Shown here: positions 29,011-36,144 of the stretch, in pieces | Layout of the letters: the number at the start of each line of letters is the position of its first letter | Numbering within the stretch: position 1 is the first letter of the stretch | Notes under the pieces: generated by a model | Told to the model about the DNA's origin: nothing | Database searches by the model: none | The model's input: the letters and a program-made list of their open reading frames with translations, nothing else | Translations under genes and position numbers: made by a program | Assembly (NCBI GenBank): GCA_017438945.1 | Contig: JAFRUI010000018.1 | Location: 16,049 to 80,048, forward strand | Origin: Bacteroidales bacterium | GTDB taxonomy: Bacteria; Bacteroidota; Bacteroidia; Bacteroidales; WCHB1-69 | Reading direction: 5' to 3' | DNA: 64,000 bases

Positions 29011-29128
29011 GATAATACGATTTTAAGTTGCCTACTCTTTTATGGATTTTCGGCTTCCTCCTTGATACTTTTCAAATACAAGTATAAACTACAAACAGGA
29101 ATGTATGCCTTGTCGAATACTTAACCAA

Positions 29129-29728
29129 CTAAATTTCAATGATGTAATATTTAGCTGGTACAGACGTGATTGGATCTGCTGCTTTATCTCTGTCCCAAAA
29201 GTTTGTTGAATTCCAAATCGCATTATAAGAGTTTTTGATTGTAAGCTGTTTCGGCCCTTTGATCGTAGGATTAGAAATTACACCTTGGATTGAAGTTCCG
29301 ACACGGAAATAGCTATAAATACCTTTGGTTTTTAATCCTTGTTTGGTGCAAAAATTCATATTATCGACAAGAGAAACCGCACAACCGCCATTAAAACCGA
29401 TATTTTTCAACTGCTCAATAAAACAAATATCTTCAACGAATTGGAACATTCTTCTTGGATATGCACCATTACGTGGAAACTTTAGTTCAATGGCGAACTT
29501 TTCGTTCTTGTCAAACACCGCAATGTCAATCTCTTGTTTTACAGTGGCTGTATTTATTCCAAAGAAGTTAGTGTTTCTCTCAAATTGCACACTGTAATTG
29601 GGACATTTATTGCGTAAGAATATGCCAAGTTCGTGCTGCAATGAATATTCATTATAGAGTTCGATTTTATGGCTGTACGCGTAACTGAAAAAATCGCTGA
29701 TGTAAACAGATAAATCTTGTGATGTCAT
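29129..29728 (-). CDS. PD-(D/E)xK nuclease-fold candidate
   Basis: The motif order is E (SLQHELG) .. D (QEIDIAVF) .. ExK (AIELKF), with 12 residues between the D and the ExK. ATG at 29728 chosen; a GTG at 29800 abutting the upstream stop is an alternative. Confidence 0.55.
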   Translation of the reverse strand: MTSQDLSVYISDFFSYAYSHKIELYNEYSLQHELGIFLRNKCPNYSVQFERNTNFFGINTATVKQEIDIAVFDKNEKFAIELKFPRNGAYPRRMFQFVEDICFIEQLKNIGFNGGCAVSLVDNMNFCTKQGLKTKGIYSYFRVGTSIQGVISNPTIKGPKQLTIKNSYNAIWNSTNFWDRDKAADPITSVPAKYYIIEI

Positions 29729-29800
29729 AATGATTTGAATTAAATTGATGAAATATGAATAAATAGATGCGTTTCTGTGGGATGTGCCCAAAACGCGCAC

Positions 29801-30148
29801 TTATTGTTTCGCCCTTGCTATCCCATAGACAATCATAATGAAAGTCAACACCAACAAACCTACTACAATGACGAAGGCAGGCGGGGTGAATTGCACGAAG
29901 GCATACACGAAACAGCAGACGAGCATGATGAGGGTGAATGCGCCGCCCAGTGCGGCAATGTTGCCGGAAGTGCGGGATTGTTCGAACCGGACACCCAAGG
30001 CGGTGGCCAACGGGATGAAGGTGGCGATGCCACCACCAATGCCCAAAAGCAGTTCCTGCCCTTCGGTCTTACAAAGGGCATACAAGGCATAGCCAATCAA
30101 TGCGCTGATGGCTAATGCAATAATGGTGGGAATAAGGTTTATTTTCAT
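29801..30148 (-). CDS. 4-TM small membrane protein
   Basis: 115 aa with four hydrophobic helices. It starts 7 nt after the upstream GYF gene. Confidence 0.65.
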   Translation of the reverse strand: MKINLIPTIIALAISALIGYALYALCKTEGQELLLGIGGGIATFIPLATALGVRFEQSRTSGNIAALGGAFTLIMLVCCFVYAFVQFTPPAFVIVVGLLVLTFIMIVYGIARAKQ

Positions 30149-30155
30149 ACTCTCG

Positions 30156-30542
30156 TTATTTTGGCTGGTTAAACGCTGGCGGTGCCAACAAAACTAATTT
30201 CAAAACTTCTGGCGTGTTTTCCACTGTCTGCCATTCGCTCATACCCGGCTTCCAGACGTAAGTGTCTTTGGTGATCTGTTTGGAGGAAATGAGTTTCATT
30301 ACTTCGGTTTCGGACAAAGGCCCGACGGAATTGCCGTTAATGACGACATAGAAAACTTGTGGAAGAGGTTGTGGCATTGGCGCAGCTTGCGAAGGCTGTG
30401 CCTGTGTCATCGGGTTCATCGTCCCCGGGATGTACATGCTCTGCATCGTTTGGTTCATTGTCTGAACCATCTGCTGGGCAACGGCCATACTCATACCGAA
30501 CTCAATTAGCCGGTCGATGGAGAAGAAATTGTTATTGTCCAT
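30156..30542 (-). CDS. GYF_2 (DUF4339) domain protein with Met/Gln- and Pro-rich N-terminal half
   Basis: 128 aa. FYVVINGNSVGPLSETEVMKLISSKQITKDTYVWKPGMSEWQTVENTPEV fits the GYF_2 pattern. Confidence 0.7.
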   Translation of the reverse strand: MDNNNFFSIDRLIEFGMSMAVAQQMVQTMNQTMQSMYIPGTMNPMTQAQPSQAAPMPQPLPQVFYVVINGNSVGPLSETEVMKLISSKQITKDTYVWKPGMSEWQTVENTPEVLKLVLLAPPAFNQPK

Positions 30543-30563
30543 ATTTCACTATTTTATTAAATG

Positions 30564-31961
30564 TTACGGCATTGGAGGGGTTGGAGGCATAGGCGGCGGA
30601 ACGGCTCCAAACAGATTGGCGAGTTCCTGTACGTTACCTGCAAACTCCCAGTTGGGCATCCCTTGCTTCCAAACATACGTTTGTGCAGTAAGTTGTCCGT
30701 TCTGCACCAATTGTTGCAACTGTTGCATGTTGTAGGGACCGAATTGTTGTCCATTGACAGAAACCAGATAAGCCACATTCACGGCACCAGGCATGGGTGG
30801 AGGTGTCATCTGTGGCTGTGCTTGTTGCTGTGGCTGTTGCGGCATGCTCGCTTGTTGCATCTGCTGCCCCATTCGATTCATCATATTCCCCATTTGGCCT
30901 CCCATAGCGCCACCCATTGCCATTCCCATCATCATCCCGGCAGGATTCATTCCGCCTACATTGCCATTCTCCAAATTCACTTGGCTCATCTCACCGAGAT
31001 TCTGTGCAGCAGTTGAGAGTACTTCAGTCTGTTTGTCTATGCTGTGAGCGGCAATATTTGCATTCTCTGTCTGCAGACGTTGCGCACGCTGAGCTTCTTC
31101 ACGCTGGATACGGAGCGACTCCTCCATATTTTCAGCATTAATACGCTGCATTTCCTGCATGTTCTTGAGGTTGATTTCTGTTTGTGTTTCTATGGTCTTG
31201 GTTTGCTGACCAGCAGTTATTTTACGCAACTCAAGATAACCGTCACTTTCCTTGTCGGGCTCGATGGCTGCTATATCCACAGCTTTCATAAATACGCCAA
31301 AATCGGTTTCCAATCTGGGCTTAAGATATTGAGATACAATATCATTGATTTCTAATATTTTCCGTTCCATCTGCAATACGGGAATCCCGTTGTCTTGTGG
31401 AACGTTGGTCACCACACCTTTCACATATTTCACTACAGCATCTTTAATTTGCTTTTTGAAATCCTCCAATTCGAAATTAATGAGGCGGTGCAGCTTTATG
31501 AACGCCTTGTAGTCCTGTATGTTGAACGTTAGAGTCCCCCTTACTGCCATCGGCACAGGATAGTCTAAAAAACGCGGATCAAAGACATCAAAGTAAGGCA
31601 CAGCGAATTTGACTTGAACAACTCCTGCCAGATTGATGTAATAGACCTCTGCTTGGAAAGGGGATGAACCTCCAAACGCTAACCCCACTATCTTGGTAAG
31701 TATGGGGAAGTTTGCCGTTTTTATGGTGTCATCGTATGGCCCAACGATAAAGTCTTCCATTGTGCCGTTATTTTGTTTATAGACAAAAACGGCGACCTCT
31801 CCATCTTTCACTCTGAGGCTGCTGCCATAGCGGATGGAATTCTCCTTCTTGGTGCTATTAGCTTCCTGTCCGGCAGGACGCCATTTCCAAATTAAATATT
31901 CTGGTTCATCACAGCGGATGACATCCATCAATCCGCCTTCTTTTCTGTTAAATAGGCCCAT
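30564..31961 (-). CDS. SPFH (Band_7_1 / COG4260, YdjI-like) protein with C-terminal GYF_2 domain
   Basis: 465 aa. The N-terminus ..DVIRCDEPEYLIWKWRP..GSSLRVKDGEVAVFV.. is followed by a coiled coil, a Met/Gly/Gln-rich segment, then AYLVSVNGQQFGPYNMQQLQQLVQNGQLTAQTYVWKQGMPNWEFAGNVQEL and a PPPMPPTPPMP tail. Confidence 0.8.
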   Translation of the reverse strand: MGLFNRKEGGLMDVIRCDEPEYLIWKWRPAGQEANSTKKENSIRYGSSLRVKDGEVAVFVYKQNNGTMEDFIVGPYDDTIKTANFPILTKIVGLAFGGSSPFQAEVYYINLAGVVQVKFAVPYFDVFDPRFLDYPVPMAVRGTLTFNIQDYKAFIKLHRLINFELEDFKKQIKDAVVKYVKGVVTNVPQDNGIPVLQMERKILEINDIVSQYLKPRLETDFGVFMKAVDIAAIEPDKESDGYLELRKITAGQQTKTIETQTEINLKNMQEMQRINAENMEESLRIQREEAQRAQRLQTENANIAAHSIDKQTEVLSTAAQNLGEMSQVNLENGNVGGMNPAGMMMGMAMGGAMGGQMGNMMNRMGQQMQQASMPQQPQQQAQPQMTPPPMPGAVNVAYLVSVNGQQFGPYNMQQLQQLVQNGQLTAQTYVWKQGMPNWEFAGNVQELANLFGAVPPPMPPTPPMP

Positions 31962-32041
31962 AGTTTCCCTTTTTAGATGATTTTACTGCTTTTGTTAAAC
32001 CCATACATATCAATCAACTTAATTGTCGGATATTTTCACAA

Positions 32042-33265
32042 TCAATATGATTCTATAATGCTGGCAATTTCTTTGATGACTTTTTTAGGTTTCCCCAATT
32101 CATCGTTTTTTGTGATTTCATCTTTATGAATATTCAAAAAACGTTCAGCTTCTTCTTTCTTGCCGCCTTCGCATAGGGATACTACTACATCTTTAATGTA
32201 TTTTCCATTATATTTCTCGTGGAAGTAAGCAGTTTGACAAATGCCTTTCGCTTTTTCATACTCACCATGATTAATGCAATAATCGTAGAGTTTTGTGGAA
32301 ATTATATCATCGTATTTTGCTTCTACAGCAGATGCGACTCGCATGGCATTGTCAAGATTCTCTTCTGATAGACAAGCATCGACGATAGAACCTGCCAGTT
32401 TTTTGTCGGTTTCATCAGATGCCAAAAACAACTTCACGGCTTCTTGAGTGTCTCCCGTTTTTAAAGCAGTGGTGATTTCTTTCGAACTTTCACTTTTCAC
32501 CTTTGAATCTTTTGAAGAGTAAGACAGGGTTATTGGAAGAATAATAGCCAATAAGACAATCCAGATAGCTATACCTATAATCAGCATCTTAGTTCTTTGA
32601 GATTTTGATTTCCACCATCCCATTTTTTTATCTTCCTCAAGAAAGGGAGCGAGATCTTTGTCATGAGGAAACAGCATGCGGGCTTTATCGATACACTCTT
32701 TGTATTTTGTTCTATACGCATCCGCATAGAGGCTTTGATTATCGCTCATCTTGGTTTTCATGGTTATGATGAACTCCATCAAATCCGCTTTTGTATTCGG
32801 AACTGGGAAGTTTCTGATTGCTGCATGAATCCTGGTATCATTTCCTTTCCCAGTAAAAACCCCAGCGTAAGTTTGTGTGATTTTTTTTAAAGTAGATTTA
32901 TCCTCATCTTCCTTGGTCATTTTGTCAAGCATCTCAGAGAATCTCCGAGAAGAAGAATTTGCCTCAATGTTTTCAAAAGCATACCCACATTCCGGACATA
33001 TTCCTTGATAGCTTTGCACAATTGCCCCGCAGGCAGGACATTTTTTCACATCGCCAAACTTGTTGCTTTTTGGTGCGGAGGAAGCCGCTTTCTCTTCTTC
33101 GGCTTTCTTCAGCTTCACCAACCGTGCGTCCAGCACCATCTCAAATTCATCCAAGTCCACTCCCAGTGTCTGGGCTTTCTTGAAAAGTACCTGTTTTTCC
33201 TTTTCGGTCAGTTCACCATCCGCCAAAGCGGCATCAATCAATTGTTCTAATTGTTCGTTGTACAT
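32042..33265 (-). CDS. TerB-like N-terminal hairpin + zinc ribbon + single TM + helical C-terminal domain protein
   Basis: 407 aa. Contains LIDAALADGELTEKEKQVLFKKA, CPACGAIVQSYQGICPECGY and the TM helix MLIIGIAIWIVLLAIILPITL. The stretch is AT-rich. Confidence 0.7.
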   Translation of the reverse strand: MYNEQLEQLIDAALADGELTEKEKQVLFKKAQTLGVDLDEFEMVLDARLVKLKKAEEEKAASSAPKSNKFGDVKKCPACGAIVQSYQGICPECGYAFENIEANSSSRRFSEMLDKMTKEDEDKSTLKKITQTYAGVFTGKGNDTRIHAAIRNFPVPNTKADLMEFIITMKTKMSDNQSLYADAYRTKYKECIDKARMLFPHDKDLAPFLEEDKKMGWWKSKSQRTKMLIIGIAIWIVLLAIILPITLSYSSKDSKVKSESSKEITTALKTGDTQEAVKLFLASDETDKKLAGSIVDACLSEENLDNAMRVASAVEAKYDDIISTKLYDYCINHGEYEKAKGICQTAYFHEKYNGKYIKDVVVSLCEGGKKEEAERFLNIHKDEITKNDELGKPKKVIKEIASIIESY

Positions 33266-33539
33266 AATAAATGGCTATATTTGAAATTCAATTGAATATT
33301 ATCACCTTTCCAAATCCCTTTCTTTTCCATCTGCAAAATAAAAACTTTCCCGTCAAACCGCCATAACCCATTTTGACCCATTTTAACGGGCTGTGCGCTT
33401 CATGGGATGACGCTTTCTTTCCCGTTCTTATCAGGGGTCAAAAATATACAATATATAATTATGATTATCAGATGTTTAGCAAAGTATTGCTTGGCGGATT
33501 GCACAGAATTAATGGGCAGAAGCGGCGGGATGTTATGAA

Positions 33540-33626
33540 TTTGCAGTTTGAACTATAAAAATAGTGGAGATTTTTGCAGTTTAAAATATAAAAATCGTAT
33601 GCTTTTTTGCAGTTTAAATATAAATT
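33540..33626 (+). repeat. three direct repeats (iteron-like) with exact 33-bp phasing
   Basis: TTTGCAGTTTGAACTATAAAAAT (33540), TTTGCAGTTTAAAATATAAAAAT (33573) and TTTGCAGTTTAAATATAAATT (33606). Confidence 0.85.
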
Positions 33627-33698
33627 GCGCTTTTGACAGCTTCCTGGCTATGGCTCTTCTTCGTTGCACCTGTTGGCGTGTTCTCGTGATTTTCCAGA

Positions 33699-33890
33699 GG
33701 AGATTCCGCTCGCTCACTGCGTTCGCGGCGGAATGGTGCATACCTCCGTATGAGACCAAAGGGGAGAAGATGGGCGGCAGGGAAAAACTGCCGTTGCCTG
33801 ATGTTTCGCGATTGCCGCCCATCTTCTCCCCCATTTCCCAGTATGTGGCGCACCATTCCGCCAGTGACGATAGGAACTGGCGGAATCTCC
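33699..33890. repeat. nested ~190-bp imperfect palindrome
   Basis: Three nested arm pairs: 33699-33709/33880-33890 (11 bp), 33727-33739/33850-33862 (13 bp) and 33761-33779/33813-33831 (19 bp, perfect). Confidence 0.85.
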
Positions 33891-34028
33891 TACGTTCAAA
33901 GACAAATTTCCACAAAAAAGTATGAGTCTGACTTGCGAAACTTGAGCTTCTTAGCATTAACTGAATGGAAGTCGGCCACGGCAACCGCATCCCGCTCTGG
34001 CTGTTCGGACTGCTGTATTAACGGCGGA

Positions 34029-34077
34029 ATGGTAAAATATCGCAGTCTGAAAGTATGAAAAATGGTAAAATATCGCA
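34029..34077 (+). repeat. 16-bp direct repeat ATGGTAAAATATCGCA x2, 33-bp phasing
   Basis: Copies lie at 34029-34044 and 34062-34077, immediately 3' of the HTH gene. Confidence 0.85.
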
Positions 34078-34079
34078 CC

Positions 34080-34343
34080 TTAACTTTCCCCCATCCCGTT
34101 TATATATTCCCCAAGCTGCCCCTGCTGCTCGCGGTAGGAGCGGCTCAGGTCGGCGAAGAAGTCGTAGTCGAGGATTTGGGCGAGCTTCATCAGCGTGTTC
34201 GTGTCAATCCACTGGCGGGAGAAGATGAGATAGACGTTGTTGCGGTGGCAGCCTAACTGCTGCGCTAACCACGGCACCTTGATCCCCTTCCGGGTCACCA
34301 CCCGACGGATGACTTGCCCTATGTGCAGACCCTCTTCGCTCAT
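34080..34343 (-). CDS. small helix-turn-helix (XRE-like) DNA-binding protein
   Basis: 87 aa from MSEEGLHIGQVIRRVVTRKGIKVPWLAQQLGCHRNNVYLIFSRQ... The longer ORF-track N-terminus looks non-coding. Confidence 0.55.
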   Translation of the reverse strand: MSEEGLHIGQVIRRVVTRKGIKVPWLAQQLGCHRNNVYLIFSRQWIDTNTLMKLAQILDYDFFADLSRSYREQQGQLGEYINGMGES

Positions 34344-34620
34344 CGCTCTACCGTTTGTGACATACAAATGGCGTGGAATTTCGCTTGTCCGACTCTCGGG
34401 TTTCCACTCCCACACATCCGACAAGCACTCCACGCCGTTACAAACGGTCTGCGGAATCTGTCCTTGATGTGTGTTTGTCCCCTGTTTAACAGAGGAAGTG
34501 TGGAAAATGAGAGTCAAGGATAGCTGCAAACGCTATTTTATATGTTCGATTGTTTCTTTTCTGTTCTTTTTCTACTGTTTGTTTTGGTGACACTGACAAA
34601 CGGGACGAAATTCCGCCCGT

Positions 34621-34678
34621 CCATTTTGACCCGCAAAACTACAAATTTTTCGGATAGGATGGAATGGGTCAAAATGGG
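34621..34678. repeat. inverted pair of the GGGTCAAAATGG motif
   Basis: CCATTTTGACCC (34621-34632) and GGGTCAAAATGGG (34666-34678) are separated by 33 nt. Confidence 0.75.
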
Positions 34679-34756
34679 TTGTCGCTCAGTTACCTCAATT
34701 CGCGGGAAAGTTTGCATCACCAGCCAAAACAGAACGGTAAAAAAGTGCCTATACTC

Positions 34757-34799
34757 GGCGGAATCTATAAAATTTCAACACATTCCGCCAAGTATAAGG
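34757..34799. repeat. inverted pair of the GGCGGAAT motif
   Basis: GGCGGAAT (34757-34764) and ATTCCGCC (34792-34799). Confidence 0.75.
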
Positions 34800-34840
34800 A
34801 TGTTTTTCACTTGCTTGACCATCGTCACGCCTTACAAATC

Positions 34841-34887
34841 CTCTCATCGCCTCATCGTTAATTCGTCGCTTCGTCGCATCATCTTCC
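34841..34887. repeat. CTCATCG-family short tandem repeats
   Basis: CTCTCATCGCCTCATCGTTAATTCGTCGCTTCGTCGCATCATC belongs to the same unit family as 15391 and 17920-18020. Confidence 0.6.
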
Positions 34888-35017
34888 GATTTCCTGCAAA
34901 ATAACGACCCTTAAATTTACAATTACAAGACTAATAGTTAACGTAATATTGACAAAGTATTGATTCCAAGCGAGAAAGAAATTTCGCAAAACCCTTGACA
35001 AACGGGATGATTTGATG

Positions 35018-35025
35018 TATCTTTG
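35018..35025 (+). promoter_or_regulatory. -7 promoter box upstream of the Rpn-family gene
   Basis: TATCTTTG is preceded by TTGACAAACGGGA. The transcript would include the REP at 35069. Confidence 0.45.
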
Positions 35026-35068
35026 CCATTGGAAACACGGTTGGAAGAAGGACATGTTGTGCCGCTGT

Positions 35069-35097
35069 TGTAGAGACGTGCCATGGCGCGTCTCTAC
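35069..35097. repeat. GTAGAGACG-type palindromic REP
   Basis: TGTAGAGACGTGCCATGGCGCGTCTCTAC, which shares 26 identical nt with the copy at 28107. Confidence 0.8.
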
Positions 35098-35148
35098 GGA
35101 CAACCGTCTGACCGGAACGAACAAAATAACAAACCTAAACAAAAAACA

Positions 35149-36144
35149 ATGACGAAAAAGAAAACAAAAAGAAAGTCCAAAACAGAATCGTTGTTAGACG
35201 AGGTGAATAGCAGACGGATTGACCTGACTCCCGAACAGGTGGACACGATCATCACAGAGCGAGGACTCGTGTTTATAGACCCGCTCTCAGATTTCGGTTT
35301 CAAACGTCTGCTCGGAATGGAGCGGACCAAGGACATCACCATTCATCTCCTCAACACTTTCATGAGTGACGACACGGGGGTGATCACCGACATCACTTTC
35401 ATCTCGTCAGAGCAGGTCGGGCTGTTGCCGGGGAAAAAGAAGGTTCGCCTGGACATCCACTGCAAAACGCAGAACGGCGACCACATCATCATAGAGATGC
35501 AGCGTGAGCGGCAGATGTTCTTTGTCAGACGCCTTCGGGCATACCATAGCTATTCTACAATCAGCGAAGTGAAAATCGGCGACACGGTGTATGCGACCGT
35601 ACCTAAAGTGTTCTCCATAAGTTTCATGGAGAAAGACATGCCCGAATTCAAGGGCAAAAGCAGGTTTCTTTGGAAAGTTTATCCCAAAGATGACGACAAT
35701 GAGATTTTTTCTAAAGAAAATGTTTGGTATTTTGTAGAATTGTGTAAATTTGCCGCGCAGTTGGAAACGCTGGATCTGACCGATGGGAAGAACCACTGGC
35801 TCTACATGCTTACCCATGTGGCGGACATCAGCGAGGATGAAGTTCAACGTATGGATCCGGTTTACCAACGGTTTTACGAAGAGTGCCGAATATCAAACCT
35901 TAATGAAATGGAAAAGAAAGAATACGTGACGAGTGTGTTAGAGTACGACGATGTACGGGAGTCGATGATGTGCGAACGCGAAGTAGGGAGAGAGGAAGGA
36001 CGTGAAGAAGGACGTGAAGAGGGTCGTCAAGAAGAAAGGCGCCAACTCGCAGTGAATATGCTGTCAAAAGGTTTCGATTCAGCCGTAATCGCTGAAATCA
36101 CCAGCTTGTCGGAAAATGAGGTTCTCGCTTTGGTGGAAAGATAA
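35149..36144 (+). CDS. Rpn-family recombination-promoting nuclease / PD-(D/E)xK putative transposase
   Basis: ..FIDPLSDFGFKRLLG.., ..RLDIHCKTQNGDHIIIEMQ.. (D..ExQ core) and a C-terminal EGREEGREEGREEGR repeat. Start set to MTKKKTKRK. Confidence 0.8.
   Translation: MTKKKTKRKSKTESLLDEVNSRRIDLTPEQVDTIITERGLVFIDPLSDFGFKRLLGMERTKDITIHLLNTFMSDDTGVITDITFISSEQVGLLPGKKKVRLDIHCKTQNGDHIIIEMQRERQMFFVRRLRAYHSYSTISEVKIGDTVYATVPKVFSISFMEKDMPEFKGKSRFLWKVYPKDDDNEIFSKENVWYFVELCKFAAQLETLDLTDGKNHWLYMLTHVADISEDEVQRMDPVYQRFYEECRISNLNEMEKKEYVTSVLEYDDVRESMMCEREVGREEGREEGREEGRQEERRQLAVNMLSKGFDSAVIAEITSLSENEVLALVER

Noticed and set aside
33548-33990. Two overlapping ORFs of 125 and 145 aa on opposite strands.
   Set aside because: They are mirror images generated by the nested palindrome, and both spell ..GEKMGG... 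They have no start context and no family resemblance, so I treated them as a DNA/RNA structure rather than genes.
33727-34033. GGCGGAATGGT in the repeat hub matches the D-arm of tRNA-Leu (62262-62272 region), which might suggest a tRNA-derived att site.
   Set aside because: The match is only 11 nt, and it lies in the 5' part of the tRNA, whereas integrases normally duplicate 3' segments. No integrase gene is nearby. It is more simply explained by the GGCGGAAT motif family.
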